Source: Eledone cirrhosa
Taxonomy: Eukaryota
DNA length: 64,000 nucleotides
Reading direction: 5' to 3'
Assembly: GCA_964016885.1 (NCBI GenBank)
Contig: OZ024749.1
Coordinates: 38,812,001 to 38,876,000 of the forward strand
Shown: in pieces, positions 50,598 through 64,000 of the stretch
Position numbering within the stretch: the stretch's first letter is position 1
Layout of the letters: every line of letters starts with the position of its first letter
The notes under the pieces: generated by a model
Database searches by the model: none
Told to the model about the DNA's origin: nothing
The model's input: only the letters and a program-made list of their open reading frames with translations
Made by a program: the position numbers and the translations under genes

Positions 50598-52307
50598 ACC
50601 TAGGACATTAACTAAATAGCTGACTTACTCATATAGCATTAGTTCCCTAATATTTACAGCAACAAACTTATATTGTTTTCCGTCTGCCATTGAGGACAAC
50701 AGGCTGGGCTACAATGACTAATTCATTTTATCACACAACATTGGTTCTTAATGTTTACAGTACCATAGGGTGGTGGATTGGCAGGATTGGTAGAGCATCA
50801 AATAAAATATCATTGCAATATTTATTTTCAATACCCAATGTTGACCTCGATGGGTATTTTCAATACCCACCAAGGTCAACATTGCCTTTCATCTTTCCAA
50901 GTCAATATAAATAAATACCAGTGAAATACTAGGGACTCTTCTCTCAAATTTGCTGGTCTTGTGCCTAAATTAGAAATGAATATTTACAGTAACAAACCTG
51001 CTTCCTCGTGTTTTATGTCTGCCAGGGAAGACAGCAGTTTCTAATTCATCTTATCACAATTTATCTCATCTTATATAACATTGCTTCTTCTATATTTACA
51101 CTGTACAGTGTTATTGTTAGAGGATAGCATGGAAGATCTACTGTAAATAAAGACGTTTGTGTGTATATATATGTATATACATATGTATATGATGTATATG
51201 TGTGCATGTTTATATTAGATAAATGTGTTTGTTTTGTTGTATTTGTGTTACAAATCACAGATTACAAACATCATAAATAGATTTGATCATTTGTTATATT
51301 AGTTTGATGTTGGTTCTATGATTATTAATATTGTTAAAGAAATTATCATTATTATTACCATAATTTGGCTAAATATCCTAGTGTCATCACCACCAAATTG
51401 CCTAAATTTCCCAAGGTTTTAACATGTTTCTCACACAGTCGGTTGTAGCTAAAGTTTGCTTTGTAAACAATACATATTAGGTAACTTGTGTGTGTGTGTA
51501 TGTTTATGTCAGTGTACCTGTATGTGCATATATGTGCATGCCTGTATGAAATGAAACCTACCACCATCTTTAAACTTCAGCATGGCTTACTAAAACTGGA
51601 TTGGACATGGCACAGGCTAATACAAAATATTATCTTTCACTGTGCACACACATACATGCGACATACACTAACACGGTACATGCACACTCATACAAACATA
51701 AACACACACACATGCATACACATGAACACACAGAAACACAAACCGTATATTTCCAGAGTTGTAGAAGAGGTTTCCTATAACTGGAAATAAGTCAACATAG
51801 ATGTTGTGTTTTATTAAGTGTGTAGAATGTTAGCAATATGTTGCTATATATATATATATATCATCAACTATCATCATTTGGCTTGTTTTTCCTGCTAGCA
51901 AGGGTTGGATATGTCGTCACTGACAGCAGGTGGGCAGGAGGCCCAATGTTCAATTAAGTGCATATTAACCCAATTGAGTGCATGGCACCAGCACTAGGGA
52001 AGTTTTCATGTCCTTCCCACAGAGGAAGTGTCCTTCCAATCCTTCGTTTGGCACATTTTCTATCACCAACCATTATATATATATACATACACAAATGTGT
52101 TTTATGTGTGTGTGTATGTAAGGTGTGTATATATATATAACACCTTCAAATAAGGATGTTATACAACTCAAACAGAATTGTATTTAGCCTTCTGATTAGT
52201 TTATTGTAATAAATCTCATGTTTTGAGATGTAATCATTTCTTCACCTACACTTATCTGTTTTCGTGTTCAAAAACGATCTTTTGTAAACTATATATATAT
52301 ATATATA

Positions 52308-52499
52308 GGAACGAGTAGGACCCCGATGGCTGAGCTCAAGCCGTTTCGACGGCTAATTCTGGACTCAGAATTAGCCGTCGAAACGGCTTGAGCTCAGCCG
52401 TCGGGGTCCTACTCGTTCCTATTATCCACTCTACTACCCTAAGTATTGAGTACTTTGGTGCGTTATGGTCCACCTGGTTCCTTACCACATTTCCTTCGT
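52308..52499 (+). mobile_element. family A copy 5
   Basis: inverted arms around AATTCTG-GACT-CAGAATT plus shared tail; TA flanks. Confidence 0.85.
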
Positions 52500-52844
52500 G
52501 ATATATATATATTCTTCTCTCATCCCATCATTATGGAGGAGAGAGACTATCAATATGATATCGTCTTTCTGTTTGATGGGCAAGTTGGGTTTTTGAAAGA
52601 TTACAGCCATTTGTTGTCTGCTTCCTCTGAGCACTGCAGTCAGGTTGTGCCATGTTGAGAGGTTGAAGCCAAAGGTATTAAAGATCCACTTCAATGCAGT
52701 CCTTCCAGCACTTCTTTGGGTGGTACCTGCTTTTCATTATCAATAAGTGTGTTCTCTGTACTTGAATCATGAATCAAACTAAATGTTTTTGAACCTTAGG
52801 GATTTCACTAGTCTGGTGTTTATCACTATATTCTGGGGCATTAG

Positions 52845-53074
52845 CCCTTTAGCATTTACATTACTCTATATTTACTCTATACATTGCTCTATATATACTA
52901 TATTTTCATGGTAAAGACTTTATCTCACATAATTATCTCACATAATATCGAATCTATGAAATTTTGAAAGTATTTATTTTGAGAACAATACCTTAACATC
53001 AGTTTGAGTGACCAGTTACAGCCAGTTTCAACAGAAAGAGGTAGAGAATTGTGTCCGGTTTGAACATTAAAGGG
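52845..53074. mobile_element. piggyBac-like MITE, same family as 20304
   Basis: CCCTTTAGCATTTA...ATTAAAGGG|TTAA. Confidence 0.75.
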
Positions 53075-53257
53075 TTAAATTAATGAAAAGATAACCAGCT
53101 CTAATTTCTCTAACACAGAAAAATACTCCTCCAAGAAGATTTGACCCCAATACTTGTTTAAGAAACATAATTATAAGAATCTGTATGGAAGGCAGTAGTG
53201 AGCTATAACTCCCATGGTATTTGAGAATTATTGTATACACTTGGGTATAAGTTGCAC

Positions 53258-53690
53258 CATCATCATCATCATCATCATCATCAACGTTTAACGTCCGTGT
53301 TCCATACTTGCATGGGTTTGGACGGGGGTATTCCCACTTGAGGCAAGAGTGATTGTCTTGCTCACATAGGACTGTCTGGCAGGTTTTCTACAGTTGAATG
53401 CCCCTCCTAACACCAACCACATTTACAGTGTGGGTCTGGGAGGTTTTTACCGTGTTGCCTACACGGCCACATTACAGCGTGGACTGTATATTTTTTGTCG
53501 TGACACCTACACGATCTCATTTGTTTCGGCCTGGATGGTGTGGCACCAACATAACTTTACATAGAAGGGGGTGGTGTGGATGGGGTGGGGGTGGTGGGAC
53601 GGGGGGTGTATTTTGTTAGAGGTGCCTACTGGCTGTAGTAGGTTTTACTATGTATTTAGGTAAGGCGGGTCTTCTCTATTACTGAGTACC
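53258..53690 (-). mobile_element. RTE LINE 3' end
   Basis: close reverse complement of 1900-2330. Confidence 0.88.
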
Positions 53691-54544
53691 ATATCTTATA
53701 ACACTAGAATGTGAGAAATCAGCATGTGTCTTATCTATTGGACCTATAAAACCAATTCAAAATATATTGTACATTTTATATGCATGTTCCAATTGTTTAT
53801 TACTTTACATGGTAAATATTTACATTTCTTTCGTCCTTTATGCCAACCTCTAGTTTGGGAGAGGCTTTTATAAGGCTTAAAAAGATTTACAGCATATTAC
53901 ATATTTCATTGTTGAGAACAGGAAAAATAGATAAAACAGTGATGATGTTGGTGTATATATACATACAATCATACATACATACATACATACATACATGTGT
54001 GTGTGTGTTCTATACCCTATCATAAACATAACAAAAGTGACTCTAATGCAATGCTATCACTAAACCAAACAAACATCCAAACCCCCTCTAATTACTGGTA
54101 CAGAGGCACAGATATCATCAAGCTGTAGCCATCTTATTACATGGTTTGTGCATATCTGCAGCAACTTCAGTTTTGTGGTTTGAAACAAGGAAAGTAATTT
54201 ACTGTAGATAGGAGATTATAGCTTTAAAAGAATATACACCAGTTACTACAGAAATTCTAAAATACTTTTGTTTTTTCAGATTTAACAAGTAAAACAACAA
54301 CAACAACAAAAAAAACATCAATATATTTCTAGATTTTGTTTTAACTATTGAGTTTGATTTTACTAATCAGATTCTTAACATTCAGAAACTATCGCTTTAA
54401 CAAAGTATCTGTATTCTTTGGGGAAGTCTTTAAAATCAATAAATTAATTTTGCTTCTATCAACCTTTTTTTATGCATAAAAAACAATCCACAACTTTCTT
54501 TCTTATTTTTTTAAATAAAATTATTCTTTTTGCATTGTAAAAGA

Positions 54545-55660
54545 ACTCTGTGTGTATCTGGTTTACACTAGATACACAGTATTCCTGTGTGTATCTGGTT
54601 TTGTATACGTACACCAGAGAATAGTTAAACCGTATTACTGCGTATATCTGGTTTACAATAGGTAAACTGTATCACTGCATATATCTGGTTTAGTATAGGT
54701 ACACTGTATCCCTGTGTATATCTGGTTTAGTATAGGTAAACTGTATCACTGCATATATCTGGTTTAGTATAGGTACACTGTATCCCTGTGTATATCTGGT
54801 TTAGTATAACTACACTGTATCCCTGTGTATATCTGGTTTAGTATAGCTACACTGTATCCCTGTGTATATCTGGTTTAGTATAGCTACACTGTATCCCTGT
54901 GTATATCTGGTTTAGTATAGCTACACTGTATCCCTGTGTATATATGGTTTAGTATAACTACACTGTATCCCTGTGTATATCTGGTTTAGTATAACTACAC
55001 TGTATCCCTGTGTATATCTGGTTTACAATAGGTAAACTGTATCACTGTGTATATCTGGTTTACAATAGGTAAACTGTATCACTGTGTATATCTGGTTTAG
55101 TATAGGTACACTGTATCCCTGTGTATATCTGGTTTAGTATAGGTAAACTGTATCCCTGTGTATATCTGGTTTAGTATAGGTACACTGTATCACTGTGTAT
55201 ATCTGGTTTACAATAGGTACACTGTATCCCTGTGTATATCTGGTTTAGTATAGGTACACTATATCCCTGTGTATATCTGGTTTAGTATAGCTACACTGTA
55301 TCCCTGTGTATATCTGGTTTAGTATAGCTACACTGTATCCCTGTGTATATATGGTTTAGTATAGGTACACTGTATCCCTGTGTATATCTGGTTTACAATA
55401 GGTAAACTGTATCCCTGTGTATATCTGGTTTACAATAGGTACACTGTATCCCTGTGTATATCTGGTTTACAATATGTACACTGTATCCCTGTGTATATCT
55501 GGTTCACAATAGGTAAACTGTATCCCTGTGTATATCTGGTTTACAATAGGTACACTGTATCCCTGTGTATATCTGGTTTACAATAGGTAAACTGTATCAC
55601 TGCGTTTATCTGGTTTACAATAGATAGACTGTATGTCTGTGTATTTCTGGTTTAGAATAG
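54545..55660. repeat. 37-bp minisatellite
   Basis: unit CTGTATCCCTGTGTATATCTGGTTTAGTATAGGTACA, starts at 55111 and 55148; a decayed relative lies at about 45085-45400. Confidence 0.95.
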
Positions 55661-55919
55661 TGGAAATAGCCTTAAAATAATTGTTGTGGGGTATTTTGTA
55701 TTGTAAGAGAAATGATATGTTATGATGTTAATCCTTCTCCAAACATGACTTCAGAAAATCAAAATAGCTTCTGCTGAGGAAATCAACTCACCAGAAGCTT
55801 GCCTTCTATTCTCACAATAAATATTGATATTTCACATTGGCACAGGGCGGCCTTGATTTAACTGGGGTGGTGTATAGTTAGTCAGGATCACTGTCTGAAA
55901 TATGCAGACGATGATGATG

Positions 55920-56537
55920 ATGGTCAGTCATGATAGTGATGGTGGTGGTAGTGGTGGCAATATATATGATGATGATGGTAACGGTAGTCATTTATATGAT
56001 AGTGGTGGCGGTGGTAGTGGGTGTCATGTATTTGATAGTGATGATGGTAATAGTGGTCATAGATATGATGGTGGTGGTGGTGGTGGTGGTAATAGTGGTC
56101 ATAGATATCATGGTGGTGGTGGTGGTGATGGTAATAGTGGTCATAGATATGATGGTGGTGGTGATGGTAATAGTGGTCATAGATATGATGGTGGTGGTGA
56201 TGGTAATAGTGGTCATAGATATGATGGTGGTGGTGGTGGTAATAGTGGTCATAGATATGATGGTGGTGGTGGTGGTAATAGTGGTCATAGATATCATGGT
56301 GGTGGTGGTGGTGGTGGTAATAGTGGTCATAGATATGATGGTGGTGGTGGTGGTAATAGTGGTCATAGATATGATGGTGGTGGTGATGATGGTAATAGTG
56401 GTCATAGATATGATGGTGGTGGTGGTGGTGGTGGTGGTGGTGATGGTAATAGTGGTCATAGATATGATGGTGGTGGTGATGGTAATAGTGGTCATAGATA
56501 TGATGGTGGTGGTGGTGGTCATAGACATGATGATGAT
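55920..56537. repeat. compound minisatellite GGTAATAGTGGTCATAGATATGAT(GGT)n
   Basis: direct reading. Confidence 0.92.
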
Positions 56538-58519
56538 TGTATATTTTTTTTATGAATAGAAATTATGGATGTAAATTGATTTAGCCGAGTTAATATAAAG
56601 ATTGCGTTATGTTCAATACCATCATCTGAGCTGCTGTGGTTGATGGCATCATTTTCTGTAGTGTAGAAGATATGGTAATGATTTTTCAGGGTTGAAACAA
56701 TCTAAGGCAGATTAACTGGTTTTATCCAGCTGTCTCCAGCATCAATTATCTTCTTCGAGGATACAATGATCACATCACCTTGGTGATCCAGACTTTCACT
56801 TTAATGATCAATATTTTAAATTGGCTCCTTATTATTTCAATATGTGTCCCGTTTGACATTTGCTTCAGGTTAATTTATCAATCTATAATAGTATTAATAT
56901 CAATAAAGAAGCGCAAGTTATGGCTGTGTGGTTAAAGACGTTCACTTTGTGGGTGTCTTGTGGTACCAGCACTAGAGAGCTTGTTACATACATCCCCACT
57001 ATCTACGTCTTTGTACAATTGATAATGACTTTACAGAGTGTATTGGGTGTATTTTATTGTGGTACCAGCACCAGAGAGCTTGTTTCATCCTCATTATCTT
57101 CAATGTTAATAACTTTACAGAGTGTATTGGGTGTATTTTATTGTGGTACCAGCACTAGAGAGTTTGTTACATCCTCACTATCTACAATGCCTCTATACAA
57201 TTGATAATGACTTTACAGAGTGTATTAGGTGTATTTTATTGTAGTACCAGCACTGAAGAGGTTGCCTTGGAACTCACAAGACTTTAGGGTTGTCACACTA
57301 TCCTAAATTATCTCAGTTTATTCAAAGCACTGTGATCTTGAGAGTATATAAAAGAAATTAAAGGAAAAAGGTCAACAAAGAAAAGTAAAATATATATATA
57401 TATATCGCCCACTTTATCCTTTTTGTTGTGAAACACCTGAAACAGCCTTTGATTCTATGATACAAAACTGTATCTTTAAATGTTTATGCATGCATGACCC
57501 AGCGACACCTGAGGGAGTTATAAGGGCGCTGTATTAGGGCATTTTTAAATCTGGTGGAGCCCATCCCGCTCCAGGTCTGAATGCAGCAAATTTCTTTCAG
57601 AGAAAGATAGAAAGTGATAGAATTGAAGTGAGAAAGAGATATAGAGGAAGAATCAACCCCTTTACTTGGCTGGTACTTTTTTTATCAACCTCGAATGGAT
57701 GAAAGGCAAAGTTGACTTCGGTGGGATTTGAACTCAGACATCAGAGAGCCAAAACAGATAATGCAAAGCATTCTATCCAATGTTCTAATGACTCTGCCAA
57801 TCAGTCGCCTATTTAAATGTTTATATTTACCTAAAAATCTTCCATTATAATTTTATTTAAGAACCTTTGTTAAGTTATGTTCCAAACACCATCTTGATAA
57901 TATGAAAGTTAGATATATTACTAAATCCTTCCAAATTCTGGATTATTAAAAAAGTATTTGATAATTATAGACAGTGCCTTTCTTTAGAAATATCGTAGCA
58001 AAAGGGTTAAATTTTCCTTACAAAGGTCCACTATAAATTCAAATGGTTGTCCCTATAAAAGTAAATCTTTAATAATTGTGTTATACCATAATATTATTAA
58101 TATTTCATCAATAACCTTCGCCCTTATTGATTTATAAAAACAAAAACAAAGCAAACTTGCTTTTTTTTTGTTGTTGTTATTTTGCTTTTTTGTTGTTGTT
58201 TTTTTTTGCTTTTTTTTGTAATTTTGTTTATTAAAAAGAAACATCCAATATTTCATATGATGATGATATGGTGATATGTCTATAAATTTATCTTAGGTTG
58301 TCGTTTTGGACTCATTGCCAAATAAATACAACTAACTCTTTAACTTAAACGTCAATAAGTCTTAACATCAGCTTTCAGGCAGGTCTTCTTTTTTTTCATT
58401 TTCAGTTTGAAGTTGGTTTGCTCTGATTGATGGCTGTATGGCATACTGGTATATATATAGTAATTGTTTCTACTTTTGGCACAAGGCCAGCAATTACCCA
58501 GTGCATTACTGGTACTTAG

Positions 58520-58735
58520 TAATAATAATAAATTTGAAGACTAAAATACAAAGAGGGCTCAATAAGGATAAATATATATCAAATATATAAGAACCGTAGA
58601 GCAAATATTTATTAAAATAACAGATTAAAGTTTAAGCAAAGAATCGCTGCTTTCACCCTTAACGGGATCTTCTGAAACTAACATATCAATCTGTGAACGC
58701 AAAAGTAAATATTTCAAAAAACGTTGCAACTGGAT
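58520..58735 (-). mobile_element. TA-associated element with a hammerhead-like relic; a second, split copy lies at 24826-24880 plus 25471-25615
   Basis: shared GAAGACTAAAAT.CAAAGAGGG and CCGTAGAGCAAATATTTATT...AAGAATCGCTGC blocks. Confidence 0.65.
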
Positions 58736-58738
58736 ATA

Positions 58739-58784
<46 letters not shown>

Positions 58785-59167
58785 AGATAGGGTGTGGTAA
58801 AAAGCAGCTAGTAGAGTGGGTAATATGAATCTTTTCATATATATATATAAGATTAGTGGGGGTTGTATGTGATATTGGGATATATGTAAATGTGGTTGGT
58901 GTTAGGAAGGGCATCCAGCTGTAGAAAACCCGCCAGACAGTCCTATGCGAGCAAGACAACCACTCTTGCCTCAAGTGGGGAAAACTCCCGTCTAAACCCA
59001 TGCAAGCGTGGAATATGGACGTTAAACGATGATGATGATGATGATATATATATATATACATACACATATGTATATTAGATGGGGCGTGGTGTTTGTGGCA
59101 AACTGAGATATCACTATTAGTTTTGGGAGAGTGGGTCTTATGGCATATTGGGTACATATATATATAT

Positions 59168-59710
59168 CAGATTGAAGGAAGATGCAGTAGAGGAAGACCA
59201 CAAAAATCATGGGCGGAGGTGGTGAGAGCAGACCTCAGATCACTGACGCTTACAGTGGAGATGACAAAGGACCGTGACAAGTGGAGAGATGTTGTGCTGA
59301 ATAGGACCCATCCCACCCTTGCAAGCAGGGAAAAGCGGACGTAAAATGATGATGATGATATATATATATATATGGAGGCACATAGCTTAGTGGTTAGAGC
59401 CTTGCAATCGAAAGGTTGTGAGTTCAATTCTCAGACCGAGTGATGTGTTGTTTCCTTGAGCAAGACACTTTATTTCACATTGCTTCAGTTTACTCAGCTG
59501 TAGAAATGAGATGATAGGGACTGGGGTCCATATCATTCCACTGAAAAGTGGTCGTGCAGGTGCCACGGCAAAAAAGCACCCAGCAACCACTGTAAATGAG
59601 GTTGGTGTTAGGAAGGGCATCCAGCTGTAGAAATCAAGCCAGAATCAGTTCCCGTTCCACCCTTGCAAGCAGGGAAAAAGCGGACGTAAAATGAAATGAT
59701 GATGATGATG
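59168..59710 (+). mobile_element. RTE LINE 3' end (59168-59360) followed by SINE family 2 (59373-59710)
   Basis: GRPQKSWAEVV motif; both end in the same CCCTTGCAAGCAGGGAAAAGCGGACGTAAAA(TGA)n tail. Confidence 0.88.
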
Positions 59711-59828
59711 ATATATATATATATATATATGCAATTGATAATTGAGAGAAAAGAGTACTCAATACCAAAGTAGAGTTTGGCAAATCACCAGAATGGCAAG
59801 ACTCACTATGCAGCTGTAATAAAATGAA

Positions 59829-60212
59829 TCATCATCATCATCATCACCATTTTACGTCCGTTCTTCCACGCTAGCATGGGTTAGATGGGTTGTCCTATTG
59901 TAGGCAGTGTCCGGTCAGCTGACCTTGTCTTGCTCATACGGGAACTGATTCTGGCTTGATTTCTACAGCTGGATGCCCTTCCTAACACCAACCTCATTTA
60001 CAGTGAGTGCTGGGTGCTTTTTTGCCATGGTACCTCCACGACCACTTTGCAGACCCCAGTGCTATCATCTCATTTCTACAGCTGAGTAAACTGGAGCAAT
60101 GTGAAATAAAGTGTCTTGCTCAAGGAAACAACACATCACCCGGTCCGAGAATTGAACTCACAACCTTTCGATTGCAAGGCCAATGCTCTAACCACTAAGC
60201 CATGCGCCTTCA
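59829..60212 (-). mobile_element. SINE family 2 variant with an alternative tail
   Basis: same tRNA head and core; tail matches 19440-19568. Confidence 0.8.
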
Positions 60213-61045
60213 CATATACATATTTTACTGGGGGTATGTTTCTCTAGTTTTTCTGATCTTTATATTTCATTGAGTTCTCCAGTAGAAATCTGGCTATCAA
60301 ATATATAGACTGCTGTATCTTAGTAATTCTCTCCCTGGGCCCTTTCCATCCCACCTTCCATCCCACCCACCACATGAGAAACAGTCATAAGCACTGTGCT
60401 CTTCGCTCCTTCCCTCACACCAGTTTCTGAGGCCCTGAAAAGCTGTCATAAGGTCTGTCCCTCCCACCTTCACCAGACAGTAAAAAACAAGAACAACTTC
60501 ATCATTTCCAGCCTTGTCACCAATACTAACAACTAGGTTGATATCTCCGCCCTACCCATCCACTCACCCACACCTCTTTTGTCAGGCCTGTGTTAGATAA
60601 ATTATTGTTTCTACTATTGGCACAAGGCCAGCAATTACTCAGTGTATTACTGGTACTTTATTTTATCGACCCCGTAAGGATGAAAGGTAAAGTTAACCTC
60701 GGCAGGATTTAAATTATGTTTACTTGATATGTTTGTGATAAATAGTTTACAACTATTTCACTGATCAACAGATAAACTTCTCCTCTCCATCCCTCCAAAC
60801 CACCACCGCCACCACATTTATTACGTTGTATGGTACTAAATACTTGCTGTGCCTTGTACCATTTCCCCTATGGTTCTGCTGCTGATTGATTCAATACATT
60901 TTATTCTCTATATTTCCTTCTATCTTCTCACATAATAGAGAGGTGACACAAGTTTACATAGCATCTCAACTCAATATTTTACCACCAACCCACTCACTCT
61001 CTCCCACGCTCATTCACTCCCATCCTCTGTGTGTACATGTGATTC

Positions 61046-61101
<56 letters not shown>

Positions 61102-61104
<3 letters not shown>

Positions 61105-61660
61105 GGGTTAGACAAAATAATGGAAACACCAAGCATTGTAGCATCATAATTTTGAAATATCTATAAAACGGTCAAAAGCTTTTTTATTTTTATTGTTCTT
61201 GAGGTGGACATTAAACTCTGCAGTAATTTTGGGAGCTGTACTTTTGTGATCCTTTCTAACAATTCGCGTAAGAGTCCGACGGTCCCTATCTGAAAGTTTT
61301 GGTTTTCTTCTGGAGTTTTGTTTTGACGAGGAGGTTTTTCCCTCTTTCTTAAAGGCTATCATTACTTTTGAGACAGTACTTCTTGATACACCAAACATTT
61401 CGGCTGTTTTCGTTACGCTAGCGCCTGCCATACAAACACCAACAATTTGACCTCTTTGAAAGTCCGATAGATTTTTCATTTTAATGAATTTTAATTACCT
61501 TTTTCTGATGATATCTGAAAAGAAACAGCAATTTTAACAAAACATATTAAGCAACACTAATAATAAATAAAAAAAATAAACACGCTTTTGACGGTTTTAT
61601 AGATATTTCAAAATTATGTTGCTATGATGCTAGGTGTTCCATTATTTTGTCCAACCCTTG
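61102..61660 (-). mobile_element. Tc1/mariner internal-deletion derivative
   Basis: TA|CAGGGGTTAGACAAAATAATGGAAACACC...GGTGTTCCATTATTTTGTCCAACCCTTG|TA with about 90-bp TIRs; ORF 61144-61479 LSDFQRGQIVG...GVSRSTVSKV is the Tc1 paired-like HTH region; no DDE domain. Confidence 0.92.
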
Positions 61661-61891
61661 TATATATGTATGTGTGTATATATATGAGTATATATGTGTA
61701 TATAGATGTTATTCACCTGACTTCATTATTGATCTGCACTTTAGATTGGTGATTAACAAGAAATACAGTGTTTTTCTTAATATATGCACTCTGCCTGTAC
61801 ATTGAGTGCTCATTTTGGTACCACCACCACCAGTAATTCACTGAATCACATACACCACATATATACATATATGTATATATCTATGTATATA

Positions 61892-61929
<38 letters not shown>

Positions 61930-62106
61930 ATAAGGAGGGTGTGGTAAGATATCAGGTGGACCATAATGCATCAGAGTACTCGATACTTAGGGTAGTAGAG
62001 TGGGTAATAGGAAAAAAGTCAAGACCCCGACAGCTGAACTCCGGCCGTTTCAACACCTAGATCCGAAATGGCTGGAGTTCAGCCGTCGGGGCCCTGACGC
62101 TTTTCC
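61930..62106 (-). mobile_element. family A copy 6, diverged subfamily
   Basis: tail on left, imperfect arms around AACACCTAGATCC. Confidence 0.78.
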
Positions 62107-62124
62107 TATATATTTATGTGTATG

Positions 62125-62198
<74 letters not shown>

Positions 62199-62201
<3 letters not shown>

Positions 62202-62552
62202 TCATCATCATCATCATCATCATTTTACGTCCGCTTTTCCCTGCTTGCAAGGGTGGAACGGGTCTTATTCAGCACAGCATCTTTCCACTTGTCACGGTCC
62301 TTCGTCATCTCCACTGTGAGTTTCAGCGATCTGAGGTCTGCTCTCACCACCTCCGCCCATGTTTTTCGCGGTCTTCCTCTACCACGTCTTCCTTCAACTG
62401 GCATTTCTTGGCACTTCTTCACCCATCGGTCATCCTCCATGTGCATCACATGTCTATACCATCGCAGTCTCCTTTCTCGCACACTACAATCTATCCCTCT
62501 CAGACACAGTTTCTCTCTCAACACATCCATGCTCGGTCGTTCAAGCACATTC
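62199..62552 (-). mobile_element. RTE LINE 3' end
   Basis: ORF 62225-62548: RERRLRWYRHVMHMEDDRWVKKC...GRGRPRKTWAEVV; (GAT)n tail. Confidence 0.9.
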
Positions 62553-63325
62553 AGTTTGTAACGTCTCCAAGCTTCTTTGGGGTACTGAAAAGGCTTGGAG
62601 AAGTTAAAAGCGCCTACCTCATTAATGTATATACGTAATTACTCTACTACATGTATTAAGTTCAAACTTACCCTTTCATACAATTAATTTCATTAAAACA
62701 AATATATAGATTAAGACTAATTGTTCTTTGGTGTAATTAATTCATTGTTCCATTAATTTACAATTCTCTACTTCATTATTTACTCATAAATCATTTAAAC
62801 AAAATAGAAATAGTTTACATAGTTTTTCTGACTTGTCTTTAATTTGATACAACATAACATACAGGATTTTATTCAAGTTTAATAAATAAATGGTAATTAT
62901 AGTTACCCTATTCAAAGGGTTGGTACCATGAAGGGTATCCGACTGTAAAATATTAACTTAGAAAAGCACGTCCTGTCATAAGGTCCACAAGGCTAAGCCC
63001 CAATTTTAGCAGGGAAAGTGGCCTTAAAACTCTTGTTTTCTATCCTGTCTCTATTAAAAAGAACTGTGTGTGCCTGTACACAGCTTTTCATTACTAAGTT
63101 ATACCTGTTACATATCCACAATTACATCATCATCATCGTTTAATGTCTGCTTTCCCTGTTAGCATGGTTTGGACTAGGACAGGAAATTGGATATCATGAA
63201 CAGGCATATGCACACACACGTATAATCCTGCAGTTTGTTTTAACCCTTTTGATACCAACCTACTCACAATCCCATTCAGGTGTGTAAAATTGAAATCTTT
63301 CAATATAATTTGTATATAAGAACCT

Positions 63326-63375
<50 letters not shown>

Positions 63376-64000
63376 CCAATATTCAAAAAGATTTTAAAAA
63401 TGGCCTCCAGGAAGAAAAATCTTTTTTTTTTTCCTCCAAAGCCCCATCCTTGATAATGGATTGTTAATCCGAAAAATTCTGGGAATATTAAATTGCTAAG
63501 GTAACTTTGTCGTTCTTCATTCTTCCTTTTATTTTGCTTTCTCTCTCAATTCCCTTCTGACTTACCTTGGCAATTTAAACCCACTTGTATTGTACAGCTT
63601 TCTAAACAGACTTTTCAATTTCATATATCATCATCATCGTTTTAACATTCGCTGTCCCTCCTCTTCTCCTCCATCTTTTTCTTCTTCTCCTTCTTCTCCT
63701 CCTCATCAATATCCTCCACCTCCTCATTATTATTGTAACTCGTGACACTAGGAGCTTCCTTTGTTAACGCTTCATCAACTGGATACATTTTAGTTTTTCC
63801 TGTGTTCTTGTGTTCTTCTGTTCTTTCCATTTATCAGCTTCAGTTTAGAATAGAAAAGATATCACCAAGCCTATTGGATGCCGTTTATTGAAAAACTTAA
63901 AAGGCCTAGAATTAGAATATTGGTTTAAAAACTGGTAGAAAGAATCTTGAAATGAATTTAGCAAGTTAATGATAATAATAATTGTTTCTACTTTTGGCAC

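Noticed and set aside
55902-56555. 217-aa GNSGHRYDGGGG repeat ORF resembling Gly/His-rich structural proteins
   Set aside because: No signal peptide, nearly single-codon usage, other frames also open; best explained as a triplet-derived minisatellite unless transcripts are found

Overview
AT-rich, microsatellite-dense eukaryotic DNA. The SINE/LINE repertoire looks like an octopus-type cephalopod (inference from recalled repeat families, no database used). One host gene is supported: a CIB1-like calcium- and integrin-binding EF-hand gene on the + strand. Six coding exons (6132-15775) splice in frame to 170 aa; the first coding exon was not found in the window. The rest is RTE and CR1/L2 LINE fragments, two tRNA-derived SINE families, hAT, piggyBac-like, Tc1 and Helitron-type non-autonomous DNA elements, and minisatellites. 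Almost all ORFs in the supplied track are repeat artefacts. The most interesting signal is a set of short non-coding elements, mostly within (TA)n tracts, that carry type I hammerhead ribozyme motifs with short palindromic stem III, as described for Penelope-like elements (2587-2680, 3516-3571, 14151-14235, 19041-19131, 24943-25012). Related palindromic elements are mirror-duplicated half-hammerheads lacking the CUGANGA box; one family occurs in both loop orientations (flip/flop). All folds were read by eye and no activity is shown.
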